Numbered from the stretch's first letter, positions 10,112 to 21,185 are shown. The stretch: DNA of 64,000 nt from Minisyncoccia bacterium (GCA_046598345.1 JBKJIT010000003.1:156549-220548); one strand, 5' to 3'. Numbers and translations are program-made. Notes: generated by a model not told the origin, from the letters alone.

Positions 10112-10558
10112 ATGGAAATAAAAATTGAGAAAGGATATATATCAATAGTCTCGCCAAAACTCACGTGGGTGTGTGGGCTTTGGGGTGGTGCACCGAAACT
10201 TGCCCGAGCTGCTGCGTTCTTTCCTTTTATCATTTTTCGCGCGGAAGGAGAAAAAGTGCCGTGGGTCATTAATCACGAACGTATTCACTTTCGCCAGCAA
10301 CTTGAAACAGCCTTTGTGGGTTTGATTATGTGGTCCATCATTGAAACCTTGTATGCACTAATTGTATTAAGGAAAAGTCTTAAAGAGGCATACCTGTGGC
10401 GTTCATCGGAACAGGAGGCGTATCGAAATCAGCAAGATTTTCAGTATCTTGATAACCGACATGTATGGGCACAGTTCAAGTATGTTAAAGACAAGAGAGT
10501 ATTTAACTTAGGAAATCCAGGAGAGATTATTTTCACCGACGACCCAGATACCCTCTGA
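10112..10558 (+). CDS. Hypothetical protein with HExxH motif
   Basis: INHERIHFRQQLE ... EQEAY, zincin-like. Confidence 0.7.
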   Translation: MEIKIEKGYISIVSPKLTWVCGLWGGAPKLARAAAFFPFIIFRAEGEKVPWVINHERIHFRQQLETAFVGLIMWSIIETLYALIVLRKSLKEAYLWRSSEQEAYRNQQDFQYLDNRHVWAQFKYVKDKRVFNLGNPGEIIFTDDPDTL

Positions 10559-10653
10559 GTGGCTAGGTAAGTGGGACGACTCCTATACTTTTCGGAACCA
10601 TGAAATAAAAAATCGCCCCTCACTTTCTGAGGGGCGATTCGCGGAATCGGTGT

Positions 10654-11163
10654 TCAGACGACTTTTCCCAAATCGTTCGGGTCAGACAGATCCCCAACAA
10701 TGACCACTCTGCCTTCGCTTCCGACAGACATGAGCATTTCAATAGGTGACGGCACGCGAGCTACTGTACCGGGTGGCATCCAAAATCCCTGACGGTCAGC
10801 CCCTGTCTCAGCGCAGTTCCAGCCGAGACATCCAACAAGACATCGATCATCCTTGCTATACCGCACGGCATACTCAGGAACCTCGAAGGGTTCCTGTGGA
10901 GTGTAGAGCGTGACCGGGTCACCGACATGGATCGAGTTTTCGCACCATGCGCATCTGATCGACATTTTGGCGATGCAATCGAAGCAGTAGTCTGGCATGC
11001 CGTTCTCGGAGAGCGGCATGGACACCGTACGGCTTTGGCCGTGTGAGGTAATTTTGCCGGCCTTCTTGGTATTGTGTCCACAAACATTGGCGGTATACGT
11101 CTTGCGGAATGGATGTGAGAGGGCGAGCCAAAGGACTCGCAGACAATACACTATTTTATGCAT
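10654..11163 (-). CDS. Hypothetical Cys-rich (putative zinc-binding) protein
   Basis: CGH, CFDC, CAWC, CLGWNC; AAGGAG SD; downstream terminator. Confidence 0.7.
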   Translation of the reverse strand: MHKIVYCLRVLWLALSHPFRKTYTANVCGHNTKKAGKITSHGQSRTVSMPLSENGMPDYCFDCIAKMSIRCAWCENSIHVGDPVTLYTPQEPFEVPEYAVRYSKDDRCLVGCLGWNCAETGADRQGFWMPPGTVARVPSPIEMLMSVGSEGRVVIVGDLSDPNDLGKVV

Positions 11164-11322
11164 AATGAACTCCTTTTTGGTTGAGGTTTCTCTGGTCGCG
11201 ATACTACTTGATATTCCACAATAAGTCTATGATTTGAGAAAATAGTTGTCCGGTGAGTTTCACGCTTGACTTTATTTAGATGTGACGTATTGTTTATTTC
11301 CGTTCTTTTTTGAAGGTTACTC

Positions 11323-11943
11323 ATGGGACATCGAGATTTGGTCGTATTAAATAAAGAGGGGTGGCGAAAGACGCTCGTGGAAACCCTTAAAAATCTTGAG
11401 GATCCACAGGGTGATTGTGCAACAATTCCTCTTTTAACGGTGATCGAAGGGATGATCGACCTGCGACATGTTGAGTTAAAAGACGACATACTCGCACTTA
11501 AGAAGAGGTCTCTCACTGACTCGGAACTTCATTTTCTGGCCTATCTGGAGGAAGCCCTCCAAATTGAGAGACGTCCCGGGTTTCGTTTTACCGCGATCTT
11601 TAGTGAGAAATATTGCGGTAATAAAGTAAGTATTACCCTGTACACAGACTCACAAAAAAAACCAGTTAAGGTAGCGCATCTGCGGTGGCATGAAGAGGAT
11701 CCTTGGAAAATTCTTGAAAGGTTTTTCCACAGGTGGGTTTTGCGGGGAAATTTTTCTGCTGTGGAAGATCCGGGCCTCTTGGCAGTATTAGAACGTATGC
11801 GCCATGAAAGGCGTATACGTAGGCGGTATCGCAAAGGTTGTTACTACTTCCTACGCAGTCCCTCTCCAGAGTATTTCATTGTCGATCGAAAAGTTCATGG
11901 GATACTCACCATGGACTATCATGACCTTGAAGAAACGTCTTGA
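11323..11943 (+). CDS. Hypothetical protein
   Basis: 206-aa ORF, no recognised motif. Confidence 0.55.
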   Translation: MGHRDLVVLNKEGWRKTLVETLKNLEDPQGDCATIPLLTVIEGMIDLRHVELKDDILALKKRSLTDSELHFLAYLEEALQIERRPGFRFTAIFSEKYCGNKVSITLYTDSQKKPVKVAHLRWHEEDPWKILERFFHRWVLRGNFSAVEDPGLLAVLERMRHERRIRRRYRKGCYYFLRSPSPEYFIVDRKVHGILTMDYHDLEETS

Positions 11944-12067
11944 GACTGTTGTTCCACCATAACAAATCGTAGTTCAGCTCTAACCGGAAGACAGTTTCAG
12001 TCTTCATTGTTGGAGCTGTTTTTCGTTTATAATTCTGACAAACCTAGTAGTTGATATTGTAAGTTAA

Positions 12068-12805
12068 TTACTTACGTAAAATAACATTTGGCGTTGCACC
12101 ATATGGGTCGGGCCAGAATTCAAGGGATGACCATAGGGTTCCCTGTACGAGTTCACGAATTGTATCGTTATGATCCATGTCTGCTTCCATATAGAGTGTG
12201 CCGCCTTCCTTGAGAAGTGGCCACGCATGTTCAATCAGAAATCGGTGGAACGCATGCCCCTCTTCGTCTGCAAAAAAAGCGAGGTGTGGTTCGAAGTCGA
12301 TCATTTCACGATCCAGGTCGGGGAGTGCTGAGTAGGGAACATACGGTGGAACGGCGAAGATGGCATCATATGTCCCATTGAGACCGTCTAAGCCACTTGC
12401 CGAAAACACTCGCGTACGATTTTTGTCTATATGATTAAGATCAATATTTTTTTCAATCTGTGGTTTGAGGTTTGGGTCAAGTTCAGAAAAATCAACGCTC
12501 GAATTTGGAAGATGCGTGAGGATTGCAACACCCACATTTCCCGCACCCGAGAAGGTGTCGGCAATACGAAGTGTGCCTGATTTTTCCTTGAGCTCACTGA
12601 TTGCTCGTTCAACCCAGAATGCCGTCTCGGGCCGTGGAATCATAGGACGGAGCGAAAGGTCGATGTGTGCGCCAAGAAAAATTGTGTGCCCCAGCACGTA
12701 TTCATAGGGCTCACCGTTTTTTAAACGTTCAATGTCATGTAAATACGCGGGAGAGGATACTCCCGCGTATTTTTCTCGCTTTAGTTTGGCAATTTGTGCA
12801 TCCAT
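12068..12805 (-). CDS. prmC: Release factor glutamine methyltransferase (HemK/PrmC)
   Basis: GEPYEYVLG, IPRPET, DTFSGAG, VPPY (NPPY variant), FEPHLA. Confidence 0.9.
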   Translation of the reverse strand: MDAQIAKLKREKYAGVSSPAYLHDIERLKNGEPYEYVLGHTIFLGAHIDLSLRPMIPRPETAFWVERAISELKEKSGTLRIADTFSGAGNVGVAILTHLPNSSVDFSELDPNLKPQIEKNIDLNHIDKNRTRVFSASGLDGLNGTYDAIFAVPPYVPYSALPDLDREMIDFEPHLAFFADEEGHAFHRFLIEHAWPLLKEGGTLYMEADMDHNDTIRELVQGTLWSSLEFWPDPYGATPNVILRK

Positions 12806-12981
12806 ACAAGTCGCTAAAAAGTAACAGATTCAAGGCGACAAGTCACGGGAGAAATAAGTCCAAACCCATTTTAAAATGTAATATGCGCGGCGAGGAAGAG
12901 TAAAAACGCGAGACATATGGGTATATGATGAGCGTTTGAACGATGAACTCAACAAAGCAGATTACGATTTAAAATGGGTTT

Positions 12982-13587
12982 TTAGTGGGCAAACGCTAGG
13001 CAAGTGACGGAAGTGGGGTAGTGCGGCAAAAGCGCAGCTTTTGCCGCACGCATCGTTGCTCCGGTCGTTATGACATCATCGACAAGTAAAATGTCCCGAC
13101 CGTGTACCCGCTCGGGTGCTACAACCGTGAAGGCATTCGCAATATTTTGTTCCCGAGCTTCTTTTCTGAGGGATGTTTGCGGCAGGGTTTCCTTCGTGCG
13201 CGTGAGAATCCGTTCGTCTACAGTACCTCCGCCACTCACCACTGTCCTCAGTACTTCCGAAACCTGATTGTACCCCCGTTCCCGCTCTCGTGTTTTTGAG
13301 AGTGGAACAGGAATAATGATGTACGTCAGAGCGAATTCTGAGCTCTCTATGTAGTGAGTAAACAAAAACCCGAGGAGTTTCTGCGCGCGCTCGTTGCCAT
13401 GAAACTTTGCTTCATGAATCAGTGCGCGTACGCGTGCATCACTAAAATGCGCGAGCGCGAGGATGTCATGCGCACTCCTTAGTTGGTAGAGATCGTGCAT
13501 ATTTGATTCGCGTAAACCCCTCACCAACATCGCCTCTTCGGTAGGAGGGAAGAGAATATCAAAAAAAAGTGAAACGTAATTACGCAT
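12982..13587 (-). CDS. comF: ComF family phosphoribosyltransferase-like competence protein
   Basis: PVPLS..RERERGYNQ, LLVDDVITTGAT. Confidence 0.9.
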   Translation of the reverse strand: MRNYVSLFFDILFPPTEEAMLVRGLRESNMHDLYQLRSAHDILALAHFSDARVRALIHEAKFHGNERAQKLLGFLFTHYIESSEFALTYIIIPVPLSKTRERERGYNQVSEVLRTVVSGGGTVDERILTRTKETLPQTSLRKEAREQNIANAFTVVAPERVHGRDILLVDDVITTGATMRAAKAALLPHYPTSVTCLAFAH

Positions 13588-13632
13588 GTAGAAAAGTCAC
13601 GTGATGATCCATGATAGAATATTTTTATCAAT

Positions 13633-14724
13633 ATGGCATTTGACCTGTCCAAAGTAACCTCGTTTTTTGAGAAAAAAATAACAACATCCAGTAAAAAGAT
13701 GGTGGTGGGCATTGATATTGGCTCCTCTGCAATAAAAATAGTACAGCTCTACGACAATAAGGGCACACCTACGCTTGAAACCTACGGTGAATTGCAGCTT
13801 GGTCCGTATGAAAATTCAGATATTGGACGCACGACACATCTCCATGAGGAGAAACTGAGGGAAGCGTTTGTAGACATTCTTCGTGAGTCATCAGTTACCG
13901 CAAAAAAAGTAGCACTTGCGATTTCCTACAGTGGAAGTTTCTCCTCGATTATTCCTGTACCGACGAGTGATATTGCGAGTATCGCTGCTATGATTCCTGT
14001 GGAAGCGCGCAAGTATGTGCCCGTACCACTTGCTGAAGTAACGCTCGATTGGTTCCCGGTATCAAGTCGATCGGACGGTACTGGGACGAATGTGCTCCTC
14101 GTTGCTATTCACAATGGCGTACTCAAGAAGTACGAAACCATGGTTCGCACGTTGAATTTGGAATCTACACTTACTGAAATTGAAATGTTTAGTACGATTC
14201 GTTCAGCAGTGAGTCAAAAAGATACCTCAGTTGCAGTTATCGATATCGGTGCCGGTTCAACAAAGGTGTATATCGCAGAACAGGGAGTGGTGGCAAAGAC
14301 GCATAGTCTCCTCATGAGCGGTGTGCTCTGTACGAAGGCAATTGCGGACGCAGCAAGAATTCCCTTTAAAGAGGCTGAAGAACTCAAACGACGTTATGGA
14401 CTCAGTGAAATAACTGAATATCCGCTCGCAGGGAAGGCACTCCTTGATGTTGTGGAGAGAGGGTTTAGAGAAATTGCGAAAGTGATTGAGCGTTTTGAAG
14501 AGAGTGGGGGAACGAAGGTGGAGAAAATTGTACTCGCGGGGAGTGGAGCTCTGCTTCAAGGGATTCCCTCATTCGGAGAACAACTTTTCTCGCGCACAGT
14601 TTCGCTCGCTGATCCCTTTTCGAAGGTGGCGTATCCTGCCTTTCTCGAAGACACACTCAAAGAAGCGGGTCCATCATTTGCAGTGTCGGTTGGAGTGGCG
14701 ATTCGCGCACTCGGGAGTTTGTAG
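13633..14724 (+). CDS. pilM: Type IV pilus assembly protein PilM
   Basis: GIDIGSSAIK, EARKYVP, VIDIGA; actin-like fold; first gene of pilus cluster. Confidence 0.92.
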   Translation: MAFDLSKVTSFFEKKITTSSKKMVVGIDIGSSAIKIVQLYDNKGTPTLETYGELQLGPYENSDIGRTTHLHEEKLREAFVDILRESSVTAKKVALAISYSGSFSSIIPVPTSDIASIAAMIPVEARKYVPVPLAEVTLDWFPVSSRSDGTGTNVLLVAIHNGVLKKYETMVRTLNLESTLTEIEMFSTIRSAVSQKDTSVAVIDIGAGSTKVYIAEQGVVAKTHSLLMSGVLCTKAIADAARIPFKEAEELKRRYGLSEITEYPLAGKALLDVVERGFREIAKVIERFEESGGTKVEKIVLAGSGALLQGIPSFGEQLFSRTVSLADPFSKVAYPAFLEDTLKEAGPSFAVSVGVAIRALGSL

Positions 14725-14835
14725 ACCGAGCGAACCATTTTTAAATGGGCAGAACGCAGCAAGTGTATGGTTCTTTTCTCTCCAATGTCCACAGCACCGT
14801 GACCGTATTGTTTTCTCTCCTAACGTATACTGTAA

Positions 14836-15531
14836 ATGATGGCAGAAATTCCACGTTCTTCTTTCATACCAAAACAACCAGGTTCGGTTGTTCCTGCCGC
14901 GATGCAGCGTCGACGGCGTTTTCATGTTTTTGGTTTTATTGCGACCGTCATTCTTGTCGGCTCCTTACTTTTTGCTGGAGGAGCATATTTTTACAAAGGG
15001 GTTTCTGAACAGCGGCTCATAAAAGCGCAGGAAAACTTAAAAGCTGAAAAGGATAAGTTTGATATTGCAAAGTTAAATGAGATCCGTGACTTCAATCGTC
15101 AGATTCTTGCAGTACGATTTCTGCTTGATCAGCATATTGCCCCGTCGAAGATCTTTGACGTGCTCGAACTCAATACGATGGAGCGGCTTCAATTTACCTC
15201 ACTTCACCTCACGTACGATCCTTCGCGCGAGATATTGATGGATGTGCAGGGGAGTACTGAAGAATTTAAGACGGTCGCACTTCAGGGTCTCAGTTTTGGA
15301 AAGGTGCCCCTTCTTAGAGATTCGATAATCTCTGAGCTCGGCACTTCAAATACAGCCGAATCGGAAACAGGCGAAGATGACCAACAGGTTACGTTTAACG
15401 TGAAGAGTGTGCTCAGCATAGATGGTCTGGCGTATACAGCTGCTCCACGTACTGAAGCACTCCCATCTGGGGACAGGGCGACTACTTCTCTGGAGGGCGC
15501 GGCGTCACCGAGTAATTCGGGTCAACAATAA
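14836..15531 (+). CDS. PilN-like alignment protein
   Basis: SFIP motif, single TM plus coiled coil, position after pilM. Confidence 0.65.
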   Translation: MMAEIPRSSFIPKQPGSVVPAAMQRRRRFHVFGFIATVILVGSLLFAGGAYFYKGVSEQRLIKAQENLKAEKDKFDIAKLNEIRDFNRQILAVRFLLDQHIAPSKIFDVLELNTMERLQFTSLHLTYDPSREILMDVQGSTEEFKTVALQGLSFGKVPLLRDSIISELGTSNTAESETGEDDQQVTFNVKSVLSIDGLAYTAAPRTEALPSGDRATTSLEGAASPSNSGQQ

Positions 15532-15536
15532 CGAAT

Positions 15537-16106
15537 ATGTTTAGAACTATTACACCAATTTTTTCCATAATTCTCGCCATAGCGATCTATTTTCTTTTTA
15601 CAAGTGAAATTTTTGTAGGTATTAAGGCTACCCAGGTAGAAGCAGAGGGGCTTGAGGTGGCAGTGTTGGAAGTGAAAAAGTTCAATGACGAACTTGAGCG
15701 CCTCTTGGCCATCAAGCGTTCCATGAGTTCTGAGCGAGACCGCATTGAGGCGTTTGTGAGTACTGAAACAGACGAGGTGCGCATGCTCGTTGATCTTGAG
15801 GCTATGGCTAAGAGACATAATATGCTCCTTGGAAATATTAGCGTTACAAAAGCAACGGCCGAAACAGCGGCACCTACTGACGTGACGGCGATGTCGAGTG
15901 GGATTGGTCTCTCAGATTTTATGAGCACGGACATCTCATTTGGTCTCATTGGTACCTATGAAGACTTCCGCGCAATTCTTGCAGAACTTGAGAGAAGCCT
16001 CGTCCTTATGGAAATCATTGATATCTCTCATACGGCGAACGAGGGAGACTTACAGCAGTTTGATCTAACCGTTCGCGCGTATGCATTAAAATCAGTAGCC
16101 CAATAA
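15537..16106 (+). CDS. PilO-like alignment protein
   Basis: TM, coiled coil, GTYEDFRAILAELERSL motif. Confidence 0.7.
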   Translation: MFRTITPIFSIILAIAIYFLFTSEIFVGIKATQVEAEGLEVAVLEVKKFNDELERLLAIKRSMSSERDRIEAFVSTETDEVRMLVDLEAMAKRHNMLLGNISVTKATAETAAPTDVTAMSSGIGLSDFMSTDISFGLIGTYEDFRAILAELERSLVLMEIIDISHTANEGDLQQFDLTVRAYALKSVAQ

Positions 16107-16109
16107 CGT

Positions 16110-16409
16110 ATGTCTAATCTTCTTAAAAATTTACTGTTTGCGCTCGGACTCTCCGTTTTGTTGTGGCTCGGGTACGTACTTTTTGTAAAGGATACTGATG
16201 AATTTGCAGATGGTGAAGCTGGAGTTGTCGTATCTCCAGAGGCCCAACTCGAAGCTCAAGAGTTCGTTGCTCGGCTCAATGAGCTCAAAGATATGGACAT
16301 TGATTCTGGTGTGACGAGCGAGGAGAAGTTTAAATCGCTCGAGGATTTTAGGGTGACGATTGAAGATGAACCAAAGGGGAGACGGAATCCATTTGCTCCG
16401 GTGGAATAG
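16110..16409 (+). CDS. Small pilus-cluster membrane protein (PilP-like position)
   Basis: TM, C-terminal GRRNPFAP. Confidence 0.6.
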   Translation: MSNLLKNLLFALGLSVLLWLGYVLFVKDTDEFADGEAGVVVSPEAQLEAQEFVARLNELKDMDIDSGVTSEEKFKSLEDFRVTIEDEPKGRRNPFAPVE

Positions 16410-16430
16410 AGTACAAGCTCACATAAAGGT

Positions 16431-18290
16431 ATGAATCTTCTTGCACTTCTAGAAGAAAAGAATGTTATTGATGCTGAAAAATCAGCTGGAGCTCTTCAAT
16501 ATGCGAAGGAGCACGGGGTATCGTACGAACGGGCGCTCCTTGAAGATGGTGTTGATGACGAGGTTATCAGAAAGACCATTGGGGAATATTTTGAGCTTCC
16601 CTCGCGAGCAATCGATGAAAACGAGAAGATCGACCCTACGGTACTCAAGTATCTTTCCCTTGAGTCATCACGACATTACGGTATTGTGCCACTCGCTATC
16701 GAAGATGGGGTGCTCGAGGTAGGTATTATTGATCCTGAAAATCTCTCGTTTCGAGATGCGCTTAATTTTATAACGACTAAGGAGCAACTTCCGTACAAAC
16801 TTATTTATATACTCGAACAGGATTTTGAACATGCGCTCAAGTCCTATGAAAACCTCACGGGGGATGTGGATGCGGCACTCGGTGACCTTGAATCCGAACT
16901 TGATGAGCAAGATGTTGTAGAGCGAGCTGTGCACGAGGGCCTTAGTAAGCCGGGTATGGAGCACATCAAGGAAGATGCTCCTGTTACTAAAATTGTGGCG
17001 ACGATTCTTCGGTACGCGGTGGATGGAGGGGCATCTGATATCCACATCGAGCCAACCATGAAAAAGATTGTGGTGCGCTTTCGTGTCGACGGTATTCTCG
17101 CGCACAGTCTTGAGCTTCCACTGAAAGCACATTTAGCGGTTGTCGCACGCATTAAAATTTTGGCGTCACTTCGTCTTGATGAAAAGCGTAAGCCACAGGA
17201 CGGTCGTTTTTCAGCTTCGATTGATGGGAGACAGATAGACTTCCGTGTCTCTATTCTGCCGACGAGCCATGGAGAGAAGGTGGTTATGCGTATTCTCGAT
17301 ACTGAAACAGGTGTGCGCACCCTTGAGGACACAGGTGTATCGAAACACAATATCGACCTCATTCGTAAGGCGATTAAACAACCGTACGGCATCATTCTCA
17401 TTTCTGGACCAACGGGCTCGGGTAAATCAACGACGCTCTATGCGATGCTCTCTGAGGTAGACCGGGTAGGGAAGAACGTTATTTCGCTCGAGGATCCGGT
17501 GGAATATAGCATTGATGGGGTGAGTCAATCGCAGATGCGTCCTGAAATTGGGTATACATTCGCGAACGGTCTCCGCACCGCGCTTCGACAAGATCCGGAC
17601 GTGATCATGGTGGGAGAAATTCGTGATAAGGAAACGGCCCAACTGGCGATTCAGGCCGCACTGACGGGACACCTCGTGCTTTCAACGATTCACACCAACA
17701 ATGCAGCGGGAGTTATCCCACGCCTCATTGATATGGGTGTGGATCCATATCTCATCGCTCCTACGCTTCAGCTCGCGCTCGCACAACGCCTCGTGCGACG
17801 TATTTGTCCTAACTCAGGGAAGAAAATTCCAGTTCAAGGAAGTATGAAAATGATGATTGAGCACGAGTTTAACGAACTCTCCGGTGAGTTCCGAAAGTTG
17901 ATTCCTAACGCTGAGTACGTTCTCAATGCCGAACCAACCGCTGAGTGTGCGAGTGGCACGAAGGGACGTGTTGCGGTTATGGAGGCGATTGAAGTGAACG
18001 ACGATATCCAAAAACTTATCCTCAACGGCACGAACGAGGATGAGCTTACCAAGGCAGCACGAAAGAATGGATTTATGACGATGAAGGAAGATGCCATTAT
18101 AAAGGCGCTCGAACACTCGATTCCCTTTGAAGAAATTAATACCCTTGGTGGTGCACTTCTCATTTCGGACGAAGCTGAAAAGGAGGCGGAGGCACCCGTC
18201 TTGCCGACCGAAGGAGAGAAGCTTGAAGCTGAGGGTATTGAAGTCGCACCTTCGGAACCTGTCGATAACCAAGAGATTCCAAAGTTCTAG
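16431..18290 (+). CDS. pilB: Type IV pilus extension ATPase PilB/GspE
   Basis: ASDIHIEP, PQDGR, GPTGSGKSTT, LRQDPDVIMVGEIRD. Confidence 0.93.
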   Translation: MNLLALLEEKNVIDAEKSAGALQYAKEHGVSYERALLEDGVDDEVIRKTIGEYFELPSRAIDENEKIDPTVLKYLSLESSRHYGIVPLAIEDGVLEVGIIDPENLSFRDALNFITTKEQLPYKLIYILEQDFEHALKSYENLTGDVDAALGDLESELDEQDVVERAVHEGLSKPGMEHIKEDAPVTKIVATILRYAVDGGASDIHIEPTMKKIVVRFRVDGILAHSLELPLKAHLAVVARIKILASLRLDEKRKPQDGRFSASIDGRQIDFRVSILPTSHGEKVVMRILDTETGVRTLEDTGVSKHNIDLIRKAIKQPYGIILISGPTGSGKSTTLYAMLSEVDRVGKNVISLEDPVEYSIDGVSQSQMRPEIGYTFANGLRTALRQDPDVIMVGEIRDKETAQLAIQAALTGHLVLSTIHTNNAAGVIPRLIDMGVDPYLIAPTLQLALAQRLVRRICPNSGKKIPVQGSMKMMIEHEFNELSGEFRKLIPNAEYVLNAEPTAECASGTKGRVAVMEAIEVNDDIQKLILNGTNEDELTKAARKNGFMTMKEDAIIKALEHSIPFEEINTLGGALLISDEAEKEAEAPVLPTEGEKLEAEGIEVAPSEPVDNQEIPKF

Positions 18291-18308
18291 TAAGTATAAT
18301 AGCTATAT

Positions 18309-18674
18309 ATGAAAATTCTTCTCGTGGATGACGATGCTTTTTTACGCGATATGTATGCGACCAAATTTGGTGAAGAGGGCCATTCGGTATCGGTTGCAGA
18401 AAGTGGAGAACAGGCACTTGAAATGTTGAAGACAGAATCCTTTGAGACAGTACTTATGGATATGATTATGCCAGGAATGACGGGGGTTGAGCTTCTCAAG
18501 GCAATTCAAGGTGCATCGCTCTCGCCAATGCCGATCTGTATTGTCCTTTCCAATCAGGGAGAACAGGAGGATATGAAAGCAGCACTGGCAGCTGGCGCAA
18601 AAGGGTATATTATCAAAGCTGAGATGATCCCGAGTGAGGTCGTCGCTAAAGTTAAAAGTATAGTTGAGGGATAA
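18309..18674 (+). CDS. Single-domain response regulator
   Basis: ILLVDDD, DMIMPGMTG, GAKGYIIK. Confidence 0.9.
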   Translation: MKILLVDDDAFLRDMYATKFGEEGHSVSVAESGEQALEMLKTESFETVLMDMIMPGMTGVELLKAIQGASLSPMPICIVLSNQGEQEDMKAALAAGAKGYIIKAEMIPSEVVAKVKSIVEG

Positions 18675-18676
18675 TT

Positions 18677-19747
18677 ATGGCAACGGTTGACTACAAACGA
18701 GAGCTGGAAGATCTCATCGATATTGTTATTACTGAGAATGGCTCCGACATACACCTTTCTGTTGGCTCGCACCCAATCATTCGAGTTGCGGGTGTACTCA
18801 TTCCACTGACGAAGAAGCCAGTTCTTAATACCACCGATGTGCTTGGGTTCCTTCGGTCCCTCATCACAAAAGAATCAGAGGATAAATTTATAGCTTCGCA
18901 TGAGGTGGATTTCTCATTTGCTGCACAAAAGGGTGTACGTTTTCGTGGGAATGCTTTTTATCAGAAAGGAACAATCGCAATCGCACTTCGACACATTCCG
19001 AATAATGTCCGCACATTTCAGGAGCTCAACCTTCCTCCGATTCTTGAAAGTTTTACCCAGCGCCCCCAGGGATTCTTTCTCTGTGTGGGTCCCGTAGGTC
19101 AGGGTAAATCAACCACGCTCGCAGCCATGGTGGATTTGATTAACCAGACACGCGCCGAACACATTGTGACCATTGAAGATCCAATCGAGTATATTTTCGA
19201 ACCCAAAAAATCGCTCATTGATCAGCGCGAAATAGGGCTCGATACTAAAGATTTCTATACAGGGCTACACTCAGCGTTCCGTCAGGACGTCGACGTGATC
19301 ATGGTGGGAGAAATGCGTGGACATGAGACGATCAGCACCGCTGTTACTGCTGCGGAGACGGGTCATCTTGTTTTTTCAACGCTCCATACGAACAACGCAG
19401 CGCAAACAATCGATCGTATTATCGATACCTTCCCGGCAGAGCAGCAGGATCAGATCCGTACGCAGCTCTCAGGCTCACTCGCGGGCATTTTCTCACAGCG
19501 CCTCATCCCACGTATTTCAGGAGGACTCATCCCTACATACGAACTCCTCATCAATAACTCTGCAGTTTCAAACCTCATTCGTGAACGTCGTACCCATGAA
19601 ATTCAAACCGTCATCGAAACCGGACTTGAGCACGGTATGATTGATATGAACCGCTCTCTTGTGGAGCTCGTACAAAAAGGAGAAGTCACCGTTGAAAACG
19701 CATTCGCGTATTCCACAAATCCAAAAGGACTCGAACGACTTATGTAA
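18677..19747 (+). CDS. pilT: Type IV pilus retraction ATPase PilT
   Basis: SDIHL, GPVGQGKSTT, TIEDPIEY, AAETGHLVFSTLHT, NLIRE. Confidence 0.94.
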   Translation: MATVDYKRELEDLIDIVITENGSDIHLSVGSHPIIRVAGVLIPLTKKPVLNTTDVLGFLRSLITKESEDKFIASHEVDFSFAAQKGVRFRGNAFYQKGTIAIALRHIPNNVRTFQELNLPPILESFTQRPQGFFLCVGPVGQGKSTTLAAMVDLINQTRAEHIVTIEDPIEYIFEPKKSLIDQREIGLDTKDFYTGLHSAFRQDVDVIMVGEMRGHETISTAVTAAETGHLVFSTLHTNNAAQTIDRIIDTFPAEQQDQIRTQLSGSLAGIFSQRLIPRISGGLIPTYELLINNSAVSNLIRERRTHEIQTVIETGLEHGMIDMNRSLVELVQKGEVTVENAFAYSTNPKGLERLM

Positions 19748-19755
19748 TCTCATAT

Positions 19756-20964
19756 ATGCTCTTTTCTTATAAAGCAATTGATCAAAACAGCACACCGCGC
19801 GAAGGCACGGTGGAGGCAAAGAGCACTGAGTCTGCGATTCAAACCGTGCAGGATAGAGGGTATACCATTATTTCAGTTGAGCCGCTGAATGAGAAAACCT
19901 CCGCGCTTAACATAGAAATCAAGTGGTTTGAGCGCGTATCAATGAAGGAGATTGTAATCCTTTCAAGACAGGTAGCTACGCTCTTTGAGGCACAGGTATC
20001 CGCGCTCCGCGTGTTTCGCCTTCTTGCAGCGGAAAGTGAGAACCCAAAGATGCAGAGCATTCTCACCGCCATATCAGATGATTTGCAGGGCGGAAGTTCA
20101 ATTTCCCGTGCACTCGCGCATCATCCGGATGTATTTTCGCCGTTTTATGTCAGCATGGTTCGCTCAGGTGAAGAATCAGGAACCCTTGAAAAGGTATTTA
20201 TGTACCTCGCGGATTATTTGGACCGCACGTACCAAGTCGTTACGAAAGCGCGAAATGCACTGATCTACCCGGCCTTTGTGATAGCCATTTTTATCGCGGT
20301 TATGCTCCTTATGCTCACGATGGTTATTCCACGCATCAGTGAAATTCTCATTAGTTCTGGAGGAGAAATTCCGATTTATACAAAGATTGTAATGAGTATC
20401 TCAAGCTTCTTCGCAAACTACATTGGTCTCATTCTTGTGTTTGTGGCGCTCGGGGGTTTTGTGTTCTGGCAATTTATGCGCACTGAAGTAGGGAAGCGTG
20501 CCGTTGACGAATTTAAGCTACGGGTTCCAATTATTGGAGATCTCTACGAAAAGCTTTTCCTCACTCGCATCTGCGACAATCTTTCTACAATGCTTGGAAG
20601 CGGCATCTCAATGGTCCAGGCGCTTGAAATCACGGCTGAGGTTGTCGACAACGCGGTCTATCGCGAAATTATCGAAGATACGCTCGTTGATGTGAAGGGT
20701 GGGAAATCGTTTGCGGACTCTATTTCTGAGTATCCCGAGATTCCTGGGGTACTTGCCCAAATGAGTAAGGTTGGTGAAGAAACGGGTAAACTGGGGGATA
20801 TTTTGGATACGCTTTCAACATTTTATAGACGCGAGGTAAATAATTCGGTTGATACGCTCATTTCACTTATTGAGCCTGCGATGATTGTGCTTCTCGGCCT
20901 TGGGGTGGGGACTTTGTTGGCTTCTGTACTAATACCTATCTACAACATCACCGGAAGCGTTTAG
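19756..20964 (+). CDS. pilC: Type IV pilus platform protein PilC (T2SS F family)
   Basis: Two GspF repeats (GEESGTL, GEETGKL), LIEP. Confidence 0.93.
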   Translation: MLFSYKAIDQNSTPREGTVEAKSTESAIQTVQDRGYTIISVEPLNEKTSALNIEIKWFERVSMKEIVILSRQVATLFEAQVSALRVFRLLAAESENPKMQSILTAISDDLQGGSSISRALAHHPDVFSPFYVSMVRSGEESGTLEKVFMYLADYLDRTYQVVTKARNALIYPAFVIAIFIAVMLLMLTMVIPRISEILISSGGEIPIYTKIVMSISSFFANYIGLILVFVALGGFVFWQFMRTEVGKRAVDEFKLRVPIIGDLYEKLFLTRICDNLSTMLGSGISMVQALEITAEVVDNAVYREIIEDTLVDVKGGKSFADSISEYPEIPGVLAQMSKVGEETGKLGDILDTLSTFYRREVNNSVDTLISLIEPAMIVLLGLGVGTLLASVLIPIYNITGSV

Positions 20965-21083
20965 CGGATTCTCGCACACTTCTTTGTTGCTTCAGTCATA
21001 GTATGTCTCGTCGTATATTAAATACGCCTCAACAGACTATTTCCTTTGCGCCTCGAATTGTACTGAGAATCCGCTAAACGCTT
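20955..21083. repeat. Long hairpin element with 19-bp perfect terminal inverted repeat (family B)
   Basis: aagcgtttagcggattctc / gagaatccgctaaacgctt; interior similar to 38943-38968. Confidence 0.75.
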
Positions 21084-21185
21084 TTGTTATATGTGCTGTC
21101 CACAGCAGTAAGCCAAATTGTAACGAAAGCTCGTATAATGGATGTAACCACACTACGTGGAGCAATAATTATTTATTTATAAATT

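Noticed and set aside
9874-10128. 84-aa ORF with internal MESWLS repeat
   Set aside because: Artefact of the duplicated tRNA-Ser 5' end; overlaps the tRNA.
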